Source: Nemertoderma westbladi (taxonomy: Eukaryota > Animalia > Xenacoelomorpha). From it: a stretch of DNA of 55,839 bases. The notes under the pieces are model-generated. The model worked only from the letters and a program-made list of their open reading frames with translations. It did no database searches and was not told the DNA's origin. The stretch covers positions 1-55,839 of the forward strand of contig JAUCBJ010000880.1 in the NCBI GenBank assembly GCA_032718475.1. The letters are read 5' to 3'. The translations under genes were made by a program, and so were the position numbers. Within the stretch, counting starts at the first letter, position 1. Each line of letters begins with the position of its first letter. Of the stretch, positions 37,377-47,748 are shown in pieces.

Positions 37377-37431
37377 TCTGGTTGTGAATGTTGATAATTT
37401 GTTCTTCGGCTGGTAAATTGATATTGATCAT

Positions 37432-37451
37432 GAATCCCACTTCTGACACCA
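37432..37451 (-). promoter_or_regulatory. Primer-binding site complementary to tRNA-Leu(CAA) 3' end
   Basis: TGGTGTCAGAAGTGGGATTC lies one base after the 5' LTR. The plus strand reads GAATCCCACTTCTGACACCA, the recalled 3' end of tRNA-Leu-CAA. Confidence 0.85.
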
Positions 37452-37452
37452 G

Positions 37453-37624
37453 TGTAGACTGCCACATATAATAATCAATGTCGAACAACATATACAATCA
37501 AACAAGTTACTGTAACTAAACTGTCACCTGTAAACTGCTTTCCTATATAGCTATATAACACAACTAAGAGTTACACAATATTCATAAAGGTCAATCAGTG
37601 AACAAGGGTCAATCAGTCACTACA
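37453..37624 (-). repeat. 5' LTR (172 bp)
   Basis: Identical to 33091-33262. Confidence 0.97.
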
Positions 37625-37641
37625 TATACATAAATAAAATA

Positions 37642-39253
37642 TCATAGCATGAAAATCGGTATCTCATTGTTTATTAGATATCTAATAGCACTTGGAGCGA
37701 AAGAGTTATGAAACATCTTGGTCCGTGTATCAGGCATTCTGTAATTATTGCGAGTTGCGGTAGAGTTTGATCGGCAACCAATAATGAAAGCGTGTAGAGG
37801 ATGACTCGGAGTGTCCACAATCTTCTTTACAATGTTGGTGAACTGTTTGGAAAACGCATCGTTTATAATGTTCATGTAAACTTGTTTTTCAATTTTAGAG
37901 TGTTTGGCAAACAGCGACAGTGGCCTCTTTAACTTCTTTTTGAGATTCTTTGGAGTGAGGGGGATCCACTCAACCGCACAGTACATATATTGTGGTACAA
38001 TGTAAGTTTCAAAGAGAAATATTTTTGTATCTTTATTTGCAAACCGGATGAAAAAACTGAATTGGCGAACTAATGTAATTTACCCTTTTTATAAGTTTAA
38101 ATATGAGTTTTCCATGATAGATTATTTGCAATCCATATTCCAAGATGTTTCACTTCGGACGGACGCGGAACCTCGTCACCATCTATGTAGATTATTTCTT
38201 CTGCGATATCTAGAACTTTCTGTTCTTTAAAGTTCATTGGAATGAAACATAGTTCTTCAGATTTCTTTGCGTTTATCTTTAAGTTTTTTCCATGTGATAG
38301 CTCAACAATTCGCTGGATGTTAGACTTATATTTATCATTTTCTGCGGAATGCCTTATCGCTTATCGCCTGTAGATTTCTTGAGTCATCAGAATATTTTGC
38401 TAGGGATCCATCGTCAGCTCGAATTTCATCAGTGTCTTTGGTAAACAAAGGTCCACTGAGAGGACCCCCTTGGGGAAAACCAACTTTCAGTGAAATAGAG
38501 GAAGAGGAAGATATGTTTTTTCCAGATTTAACCGATTGAGAGAAACCACTCATGTATGAGTGAAGCCAGCTGGCCAACCAACGCATCTCTATTGGTAATT
38601 CGTCTAAAAGTCTGTTTAAAAACTTGTTTTGTAACACTGTGTTAAAAGCAGATGAGTAGTCTATGAATAAACATTTTACAATTGTGTGTCTTTCATCTAA
38701 CGCTTTTGTAATCTGATGAAGGAGGTATAAGATTGCATCAGCTGTAGAATAACCTTTTTTGTATGCAAATTGAAAAATATCATCAGTGGATTTACTTGCA
38801 TTACGAAATATATCTAGAGCCAATCTGTCTAAACACCTAGAACTCAAAGGAGTAACACATACTGGTCTGAAGCTGATTTTTTCCGAAAATGATGAATCAC
38901 ATCTTTTAGGTAAGGCAGATGTCAAAGCCGAATTCCAACATTGCGGGTATTTTTGTTGATGGAAACTATCTCTGAATAGTGAAGCATAAGGTATAGAAAG
39001 TTCTTTTGCAAAGGTTTTATAGCAAATTGCAGAAACAATGCTACTTACTACCTTGGGCTGTATTCAGTTTCAATTTACGTATTAATTTCTCAACCACAAT
39101 CGGATCAACATGAATATCATTATCATAGGTGGTACCATTATATATAGGCTCATCCTTATTCACATCTTCGTTAAATCTAGTGAAGAAATTATTAAGACTC
39201 TCGACTTCATTTTCATCAAATTTATGAACTTGGTGTTTTTTCCTTATACAGTT
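37642..39253 (-). pseudogene. Rex1/Babar-like RT, frameshifted fragments
   Basis: FRPVCVTP, QFAY..STADA, FIDYSSAFNTV, GFPQGGPLS, KYSDD and C-terminal HPLH..RT..SFAPSAIRYL. Confidence 0.8.
39068..39253. repeat. 186-bp direct repeat, copy 1 (copy 2 at 45609-45794)
   Basis: tttcaattta(c/t)gtattaatttctcaacc...ttccttatacagtt, with one mismatch seen. Confidence 0.92.
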
Positions 39254-41500
39254 TTATTTCATCATTTCATCATCCGGCTTACGCCCCGCCCCGGTGGCTA
39301 TAATAATAAAATTCACAAGTTAAAATAATATAATTCGCATTTGCACTAAAATCAACGGGAAACACAATAAAATATTGCACAATATAAATATACACCGGTA
39401 ATTAAGCCTTGCGTTAAGTAGGTATAAGTAGTGTAGTGCAGTTGCATTAAAATCATAGGGAGACACAATTAACAATATGTATGTATAATACCTAATATAA
39501 CACCTTATCTTATACCAACTCTGCGTTAATTAATATAATTATTACTTATTAGGACTAATTAGAACACATTACATAAATATGCTGTAAACCTTAAACATTT
39601 ATATTCAGTACGGGTCGATTAATGCACAAATAGTCAAAGTATACTCATCCTCATTAAGCCCTGCGTTAAGTAATATTAGTTATTAGGACACAAAGTCATA
39701 TATATATGTGTAAGGAATGCATTTAAAAACTGAACAATTCTAAAATATGGAAATTAATATTTTATTTACATTATTAAATAAACATATTATTTAGTCGCCC
39801 AATTACTAGCATACAATTCTAATATACATTCTCTTCCATAGGCGTTAGCAGCATGTCCTTGGTCCATGTGCAGCATATGATATATATACAGATAGAAAAA
39901 TTGCTCCTTGATGGTGAGCTCCCCCTTATCTACCGCCTTAAATACGGACTTGAGGCAATACCTACCAGTTGTGAGTGACTGAAGACGTGGCATACCGAAT
40001 ATCCATCTATCGGTTGTATAATCAGCGTATAGTGGATCATGTATTCCACCCGCCAGGTAATGAACTAACAGGTGGCTAAACAGCCCGTATACTTTTGGGT
40101 TCTCACAGTTGAAGCAGGAATATATCATCCTAGTCTTTGAGAAGGCTACCATCGTTGAAAACTTATGTGAATCAAATAAGGCCTGCAACACATTGTTGGA
40201 CACATAGTTGCCCATGCGCAGTAGTGACCTCAGGGCCTTCCTCCACGTCTGTTCCAAACCATCAACTATTGATTGGTCAATAATAGCAGATCCATACATT
40301 ATTGAGGGAGTACAGATTGTCCGCCAAACCAATGCTGTAATATCAAGTGGTACATTGTCGGAAGCTAGCCAGCGTATGTTAACTCTAGATGCATTCATCC
40401 AGATTTTCTTAATGTAATGTTCCTTGACATTTCGCCATGTATCAGGCATAGGTAGACCCAGATATATGCATTTCAATACTGGAAACAGTCGAGTGCCACT
40501 ATGTGTCTGGATACTTTCCTCCGCTACCGTGTGCCTCCGTAAGTTGTCTGATGGGCATACCACATAGTGTGTCTTTTTCGTATTTATTACTAGATCATGT
40601 TCCTCTAAATATTGTTCGCAAATATCCAACATTCTTTGCAAGTCGGCTTTCCTATTTGATAACAGCAATATATCGTCAGCATATCCTAATAAAGGGAAAG
40701 GTTCCCGATTGATTTGTAGCCCCAGGCCTGACATCTCACACAAATTGAAAAGGTCATCTAGGTATATGTTAAACAAGATTGAGGACAAAATTCCACCCTG
40801 CCTGACCCCAGGATGTAGAGGTATACTTGTTTTTGATATACTGTTATTTAGCTTCATAACCGCATTTGATTGGCTGTAATAGGAATAAAGAGTGTTAATT
40901 ATGGACCTATCAAGATTCTTTGCCTCTAATTTAGCCATTAGCTTGTCATACGAAACTGTGTCGAACGCGCTGCTGAGATCCAATGACACAACATACACAT
41001 TAGACCCGCCTCCATTAAAATGTTTAATTAGCTTCGTGGCTGTAACATATGGCGTCTCTGTACATAGTTTCGCTTTATATCCCATTTGTAGGTTACTAGT
41101 TTGAATATTTTTCACTTTAGCTGATACCAAGATTTCCCATACTTTCGCTAGAATTGACAGGATTGAGACTCCGCGATAGCTACTCGTCTTGTGTATATCA
41201 CGATCCTCACTTTTCAGCAAGGGTAATAGAAGGCTGGTACATACTGTGGGAAGTAACTAATAGTCATTATGTTGTTGTACATGTCTGTTAAGAATCCATG
41301 TAATTCATCAGACTGACCATGGAGGAGGTGTTCCGCCTTCAGCGCATGATAATCTGATGATTTTCCTAAATTTAAGGATCGAATTGCTGCTGATACATCT
41401 GCCTCCGTCATGGGCTCAGATAAGCGGTGTCTATTTCTGGGCTCCCAGATGGTCTTATCTGTCAGAACTCTAAACCTTTCTTTATAGTCCATGAAAATTT
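39254..41500 (-). mobile_element. 5'-truncated RTE-group (Proto2/RTEX-like) LINE, RT with a frameshift near 41215
   Basis: KAEHL, SYRGVSIL, QMGYK, LDLSSAFD, GVRQGGILS, YADD, YLG. About 500-bp 3' UTR ending in GATGAAAT-type repeats at 39254-39275. Confidence 0.8.
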
Positions 41501-41646
41501 GGTCATTTGGTCTTTATTTGGTCTGTAACATATACGTATTACTATACTGTATACTGCTGTACTGTACTGCTTACCGGTACTGAACCTGAAATTAGTACCG
41601 GTACCGACGGCCTCGCAGACCGGTGAGCCGCTCCCGGACTGTAAAA

Positions 41647-42444
41647 ATGTCCACCCCGACTACTATAATGGGTCTCAGAAATTTAGGTAAGAGTAGACTT
41701 AACAGTTTAAAGAATGAAGAGATGCGATCGATATTACGCAATATAATCGACGAACCTCCTCCTCAAGATCAAACAGGCGATACAGCAGGTAGGTCTACAA
41801 TGGCTGAGAACGAGATTATCAAAGAAATACACAATCTAAAAGGCTATTTTGAGGATAAATTTAATAACGAGTTCGGCAAGATGCGTGAAGAGTTAGGTGT
41901 ATGTTATAACGTTATTAGAAATCAACAGCGGTATCTTGAGAGTATTGATATGGATATACGAGCACATAACCTCGTCGTACTGGGTTTGCCGGAAGAAACG
42001 ACCGATGATGGCGATGCACTTAAGAAGTTATTCCGAACTCTCAATACGGGCGAACAGACAAACGAAATCTCAGTAAACAACATTGAGTTTCGCAGGCTTG
42101 GGAAAGCAAACGAGGACGCCGCGGGAACGGGTAACGGAAGGATTGGAGCTGCAAACAGGAGAACACGGCCTTTACTACTAAAGTTTCAAAAGCGACAGGA
42201 TAGAGAACAGGTACTGAATATGTCAAAGAAGTTGAAAAGCATCACGGAGTATACGAAAGTATACATAAAGAAGGATACACATCCAGCGATTCGGAGAGAG
42301 CGGGCGAGGCTCCGAGAAGTCGAGAATGCCGAGAAAGCTAAACCTGAGAACCAAGGATGTAAAATCTTCTACGAATACAAAACGGGAACGTTGTACCGAG
42401 ACGGGACAATAATAGATCGCTATAAGCCAAACTTCATGGCTTAG
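41647..42444 (+). CDS. RTEX-like ORF1 (coiled coil + RRM-like)
   Basis: First ATG at 41647. RAHNLVVLGLPE, RRLGK, RPLLLKF, VYIKKDTHP. Confidence 0.8.
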   Translation: MSTPTTIMGLRNLGKSRLNSLKNEEMRSILRNIIDEPPPQDQTGDTAGRSTMAENEIIKEIHNLKGYFEDKFNNEFGKMREELGVCYNVIRNQQRYLESIDMDIRAHNLVVLGLPEETTDDGDALKKLFRTLNTGEQTNEISVNNIEFRRLGKANEDAAGTGNGRIGAANRRTRPLLLKFQKRQDREQVLNMSKKLKSITEYTKVYIKKDTHPAIRRERARLREVENAEKAKPENQGCKIFYEYKTGTLYRDGTIIDRYKPNFMA

Positions 42445-45400
42445 AACAGAGGCGGCAAAGATAAATGTGAGTACGATGATAAACTTCATATTCTGTCATG
42501 GAATATAGGTACATTACGGGACAAGCTAAAAATTGAGAAAATTTTTAATTACTTAAATGACTTTGATCTCGTCTGGATTTATGAAATTAAATCCTGCGCT
42601 AAGATATCGGTACCAGGATTTAAAATTTTCAGTAACCCAAATCGTAAAGGAACTCACGGTGGCATCGCTCTGTTGGTGAAAAATAAATTGCTAGAAGATG
42701 TAGTCTCTGTAAATACCGAGTACACAAACTTTATTTCAATCGAATTTCAATCCTACACGGACACACTGTTTTGCGGCTGTTACATTGAACCCAAAGATTC
42801 TTCATACTATAATGATTGCGTATGGGGTATTCTACAAGGGTTTTGCCTCTCGGGTAAACAGCCAATAATATTTGGCGACCTCAACGGACACCTATATAAA
42901 CCCAAAAACGCACAAGGAATAGAGATTGAAAAACTAGCCAAAGATTGTAATCTAAAAGTGATTAATAACGTACCACCAGCGGCCAGTGATCTTACATACG
43001 GACGCAAGACCAAATGGATGAGTCAAGTTGACCTTTGTTTAGTCTCTAGAAAGATAACCTCCACAGAAAAATTTAAAATAGATATTTTTATAAATCAAGA
43101 CTTAACACTACCATCTGATCATGCAGCTCTCGAAATCAATGTCACTGGATTACAGAAATGCCATTGGAATAAACTCATACTGAGCTCACAGAATCTTGGC
43201 GGATCGATATATCTTGATAAGTGTAAGAATAGATCAGGGAATGTGAAGGTGACAAACAATGGTGTACTAAATACAACAACATTTGGACGAAACATTACCG
43301 AAAACGTGAACCTTGAGAACCTGCCTAGCAATATAGACTCAGTAACAGATTGGCTGGAACAATTTAATTACCAGGCTAAGAATGCTTTAGATGGAGCGGT
43401 AAGTTACACACAACAGAATTTCACTACAAACCCGGCAGCTACAAGAAAAACAAATTATAAACAATGGGAAAATTTATTAAGCTCGAACGATGCAAAAGCC
43501 ATATGGACCTCGATTAATTGGAAAGGTTGTATTGACGTAGGAAACAACACAACAACTAACACACCTACTGACAACGATTTTAAAAACCACTTCTCGAAGT
43601 TGTTAAATAACGAGGATGCCACCTCTTTAGAAACGATTGATACGTCAAACTCCCCATATATACCATTGCTAGACGACCCAATCACAGCCATTGAAGTAGA
43701 TGACGCCATAGACTCCCTAAAAATAAATAAAAGCGCAACAGGAATAGCACCCGTCCTAATCAAAGCTTTGCCTATAAATATAATCGTATTTTTATCGTTG
43801 CTGATTAACACGATATTTATGTCAGGTGCGATTCCATTTAGTTGGTGTTATAGTAAGCTGGTTATATTGTTTAAAAAGGGGAACCCATTAGACTGTGGAA
43901 ATTACCGAGGAATTTCAGTGTGCGACTCTATATTCAAAATTTACGATTACATATTAACATCACGGCTCACAAAATGGACAAAGCCTAATAGAGTGCAAGC
44001 TGGAGGCCAAAAAGGCAGATCATGTTTTGAACAAATATTAGCCCTCAGGCTACTAATTGATTTAGTTAAATTTAGAAAACAAAAACTATTTATAGTTTTT
44101 GTAGACTTTTCTAAAGCCTATGATAGAGTCGATCGTGCCTTACTGATTGGAAAATTAGTGACATTAGGCTGCGGCCTAAACATGTTGAACGCTTTAAAAG
44201 GACTTTATAGGGTAACGCATTTCCGGTTAAATAATGTTGTTATAGATTTTAACATGGGTTTGAGACAAACTATTTATATCGATGCATTAGTTGCAATGTA
44301 TAATGAACTAACCAGTAGTAATACTTATTTAGACTCATTACATATACTTTTATTCATGGATGACACCGCCATATTTGCCGAAACAAGAAGTCAATGTGCT
44401 GCCAAATTGGAAATATTGTTTAAATTTTGTGCTTCGCACAATATGGTCATCAATGAATTAAAAACAAAATTTATGGTGATAAATGGCAATATACATGATT
44501 ATAATACTTTTCTTATTAGTGGTATAGCAATTAAAAATACCAGTTCATACGTTTATCTAAGGTCACAATTTACTCAGGATGGCAAAATATCCTCCGCCAT
44601 TAAACTCCATATATCAGAATGTCAAAAACAGTTGAGAAAATTTGGTATTTTTTGTGCTACGAATTCCAATATGCCGTTTATTTATAAACTGAAAGTTTTC
44701 AATTGTGCTATATTAAGCTCAATATTATATTCGTGTGATACATGGTTAGGGGGTAGCACTGTCGAACTAAAATCCATGTACATAAAACTAGTTAAACTTT
44801 TATTAAACGTACGAGTAACTACGCCGAACAAACTATGCCTTGTAGAATTAGGAATACCAGAAATAAGTGCAAAAATGAAAATTATTACGAAAAGTTCAAT
44901 GGTTAGACTAATGAAAACGTGGGATATTAATGACCCGGTATATATTATATACAATATGTGTAAGAAAGTTCAATCCCCTGGTTATTTATATTTAGAAAAT
45001 CTTATTAATACGAATGGAAATGATTTCGTGCAAAATAATCTAATTTGTTTAAAGGACTCTATTAGAAAGATGGCTCTAGCACATACGAAGTATAAAACTT
45101 ATCTAGACATAAACCCTAATTTATCCGTGCATGCAATTTATAAGCAATCAAATAATTTTATTCCAGATAGTAAACGTGTAAATTTTAGCAGATTTCGGTT
45201 AAGTTCGCACCGCCTACGGATAGAAATGGGCCGATGGGCCCGCATACCCAGTAGTGATCGTGTTTGTATATGTGATGGCAGTTCAGTACAAAATGAACAT
45301 CATGCAATTTTAATGTGCCCAAAAACCGCTTTTATAAGAAACAAGTATAGTATTGTAGGCTGCATTTGTATGTCCGAATTTATGGTTCAGTTTTCAAATA

Positions 45401-45450
45401 ATATAATAGTAAGTGCAATTACAGAATGTTTAGAAGTATTAGATAACTAG
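42445..45450 (+). CDS. RTEX-like ORF2 (APE + RT + C-terminal zinc motif); the frame is open directly from the ORF1 stop; in-frame deletion in the RT QG motif
   Basis: The upstream extension encodes LHILSWNIGTL..WIYE..HGGIAL. Also GDLN, SDH, NYRGIS, DFSKAYD, FMDD. GLRQ is followed directly by TIYID. Confidence 0.85.
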   Translation, partial: NRGGKDKCEYDDKLHILSWNIGTLRDKLKIEKIFNYLNDFDLVWIYEIKSCAKISVPGFKIFSNPNRKGTHGGIALLVKNKLLEDVVSVNTEYTNFISIEFQSYTDTLFCGCYIEPKDSSYYNDCVWGILQGFCLSGKQPIIFGDLNGHLYKPKNAQGIEIEKLAKDCNLKVINNVPPAASDLTYGRKTKWMSQVDLCLVSRKITSTEKFKIDIFINQDLTLPSDHAALEINVTGLQKCHWNKLILSSQNLGGSIYLDKCKNRSGNVKVTNNGVLNTTTFGRNITENVNLENLPSNIDSVTDWLEQFNYQAKNALDGAVSYTQQNFTTNPAATRKTNYKQWENLLSSNDAKAIWTSINWKGCIDVGNNTTTNTPTDNDFKNHFSKLLNNEDATSLETIDTSNSPYIPLLDDPITAIEVDDAIDSLKINKSATGIAPVLIKALPINIIVFLSLLINTIFMSGAIPFSWCYSKLVILFKKGNPLDCGNYRGISVCDSIFKIYDYILTSRLTKWTKPNRVQAGGQKGRSCFEQILALRLLIDLVKFRKQKLFIVFVDFSKAYDRVDRALLIGKLVTLGCGLNMLNALKGLYRVTHFRLNNVVIDFNMGLRQTIYIDALVAMYNELTSSNTYLDSLHILLFMDDTAIFAETRSQCAAKLEILFKFCASHNMVINELKTKFMVINGNIHDYNTFLISGIAIKNTSSYVYLRSQFTQDGKISSAIKLHISECQKQLRKFGIFCATNSNMPFIYKLKVFNCAILSSILYSCDTWLGGSTVELKSMYIKLVKLLLNVRVTTPNKLCLVELGIPEISAKMKIITKSSMVRLMKTWDINDPVYIIYNMCKKVQSPGYLYLENLINTNGNDFVQNNLICLKDSIRKMALAHTKYKTYLDINPNLSVHAIYKQSNNFIPDSKRVNFSRFRLSSHRLRIEMGRWARIPSSDRVCICDGSSVQNEHHAILMCPKTAFIRNKYSIVGCICMSEFMVQFSNNIIVSAITECLEVLDN

Positions 45451-45608
45451 AATTCATGTAAATTTGTATTAAGTTGGACTGTATCTTTGTCGCAATGGTA
45501 TATTTACAAGTTATTATTGTAAATTTATTTAATTGATTTAATTTGGAAGATATTGTCAATAAACATATATATATATATACATCTGTCATTTCAACCGTAT
45601 TTTCTCCC

Positions 45609-46487
45609 TTTCAATTTATGTATTAATTTCTCAACCACAATCGGATCAACATGAATATCATTATCATAGGTGGTACCATTATATATAGGCTCATCCTTAT
45701 TCACATCTTCGTTAAATCTAGTGAAGAAATTATTAAGACTCTCGACTTCATTTTCATCAAATTTATGAACTTGGTGTTTTTTCCTTATACAGTTATCAGA
45801 TAGTTTGTACAGTTGAGTTTTTGGCATATTGGTGAATTCCATGTGCCGTTTATCAAAGATCAGTTTGTTGATTTTTCTCTGGCACTCATTTCTCTTAACA
45901 TTATCCTTACATGCTATAGCTTTCTTTTTCTCAGCTAGAATGCCTTTAACACCAGGAATAGGTTGACGAATGTGAAAGTTATGTACTTTCATCTTAGTTA
46001 GAGGTAAGTGTTGATCAAAGATATCATCATAAAAATCATCAATTGTAATGCTCCCATCAGAGACATCGTCTTTTAGTTTTGACTCTTGAATCGTAACTAC
46101 AGCAACATTATCATATATTTCCACCCATTCCCGCAATATTTCATGTTTTCCTTCATACCCATTTACATTGTTGTTTATAATAAATGGAAGCGACATCCAC
46201 TCAGTACGTATCACAGTGCCATTGATTTGAGGGTCAGACAAAACAATTGGAGTGGCGGGGGGGGGGGGGGGGGGTATTGGCAGATAACTGTCGAGGTTGG
46301 CATGGACCAATGGGTTGATGTCCCGGTCAATGAGTTCTGTCCGATTGCTGTCTGGGTTGGAGGGGGCCAATGGCATGTTATACAGTTCATTTCCGTCAGG
46401 GTCGATGGGGTTTGGCAGTGTATCCGTACAGGTGGGCTCAGACAGTTCAGTTGGGTAATAGATGGGCTCAAAATGGGGGACCAGTAG
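45609..46487 (-). pseudogene. Rex1/Babar-like ORF2 N-terminus (Pro-rich linker + partially deleted APE)
   Basis: Open in frame from the ORF1 stop. LPFIINNNVNG..IQESKL..ITIDDF, then a jump to post-APE sequence LNNFFTRF. Confidence 0.7.
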
Positions 46488-47399
46488 TCAATCCATCGCT
46501 GTAGCCTCATCATGATCCATCACCATATTACTGACTTTCTCAGTTGTAATGGCTCTGTTAAGGGTGGACTTTCTGTTATGCCTCGATCCCGACTCACGTC
46601 GTCTTTGGCGGGCTTTGAAAGCCATTTCGGGTTCAAAAGCCGAAAGGTCACGGTCGAAATAAAGAGTCATATTTAGGTACATGAACGACCTTAGCTCAAG
46701 AACATTTGTAGCCTTTTCTGGTGAAGAGAACGTCAGAAGGGTTGGGCGTGGAGATCCATCCTCTCGGGGTTTGCCTAGTCATAATATTGAACGATATGGT
46801 AGGCTTCTAGTATCTAGCGCATCTTTTAGGGACTTGCTGTCAGCCTGACGCTGCTGCAAGTTCGTATTTGATGCAGAATCCCCAGGTAAATGTTTAATAA
46901 TGACATTAAACCGTCGTTGTTCTGCCTGCTTAATTACTTGTTCAATTTTATTCACTTCTATGGTGGTGTTTCTGATATTTCCACGGATTGGTGGGTCAAA
47001 CTTACTTTGGATCTCCTTTAAACTCTCAGTGTTATGTTTAACGATATCGGTCCAGGAATCAGGTATACGCGCTTCATTTGTAATGATAGTAGTATCATTA
47101 ATAGAATCTAGCTTTGACTTAAGCTTCGTTTGATTGATCTCAATATCTTTAATTCTTGTTTCTAGATCTATCCTTATATCAGTCATTGTGCATTTTTGTG
47201 CTTTGCTTTCCTTGGCCAGGATATCGATTTTTCCAGATAACTGCCTATCAAGATCATTGTTCTCTTTTCGCAGAATAGCATTGTCCGCTTCCAGCACTTC
47301 TATCTTATGCGCTGCACATACTCCGCATAGAAAATTCTGAGAAGATAAATCGTCTCTTTTAGCTATCTGCGTTTCGTTTTCGGTCCAAGCGTATACCAT
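46488..47399 (-). pseudogene. ORF1 of the Rex1/Babar-like LINE, 5'-truncated, one nonsense mutation at 46779-46781
   Basis: Alignable by eye with 31372-32430: CGVCAA vs CGFCAA, PGDSASNT vs PGDGASNT, LGKPR, LYFDRDLSAFE vs LYFNKDLSKFE. Confidence 0.8.
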
Positions 47400-47410
47400 A
47401 TATCAACTGA

Positions 47411-47573
47411 AGCAAATAAACTTGTATAACTACCGAGGCCGAAGGCCGAGATTGTTATACAAAGTTTATTTGCTGAAGTACTATTGTGTTGTTATATGCT
47501 ATGTGCTATTATACAAGTTTCAAATAATTTTTGAATATAGCAGCTAACTGTATATCACACGGTGTGATATACA
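47411..47573. mobile_element. Palindromic non-autonomous element end (Crypton-like, tentative)
   Basis: Long hairpin agcaaataaacttgtataac..CGAGGCCGAAGGCCGAG..gttatacaaagtttatttgct (47411-47474), plus a perfect 12-bp hairpin tgtatatcacac-g-gtgtgatataca (47549-47573). Confidence 0.4.
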
Positions 47574-47748
47574 ATATATCAACCGCTAAAAATAAGTGAG
47601 TACATGTGATAAAATATAATATAACATTACACAGTTTAAGTTTTACCAGTTTATAGGTTTATAAACGACTCACCAAACATTAGGCTACACGGTACTATTT
47701 ATCAATATAATATAATAATACACTATCGAGTACCGGTACAGTAAGTAG

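Larger units (their letters stand above)
33091..37624 (-). mobile_element. Ty3/Gypsy LTR retrotransposon, 4534 bp, recent insertion
   Basis: Identical 172-bp TG..CA LTRs, TATA 4-bp TSD (33087-33090, 37625-37628), PBS, PPT, and gag + PR-RT-RH-IN order. Confidence 0.97.
41530..45580 (+). mobile_element. Near full-length RTEX-like LINE (ORF1 + APE-RT), AATAAA and (TA)n tail
   Basis: The two ORFs below. C-terminal RLSSHRLRIEMGRW..RVCIC..QNEHH..C zinc motif. aataaacatatatata at 45558-45580. Confidence 0.85.
32683..47399 (-). mobile_element. Decayed Rex1/Babar-like LINE, split by nested insertions (Gypsy 33091-37624; LINE pair 39254-45608)
   Basis: Colinear pieces: ORF1 47399-46488, APE/linker 46487-45609, RT 39253-37642, A-rich 3' UTR continuing at 33090-32696, and (ATTC)n tail 32683-32695. 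Confidence 0.75.

Noticed and set aside
46776-46781. A further TGA-CTA-G readthrough site inside ORF1
   Set aside because: It aligns with the conserved R of RLGKPR in the paralogous ORF1, so it is most simply a CGA>TGA CpG decay.
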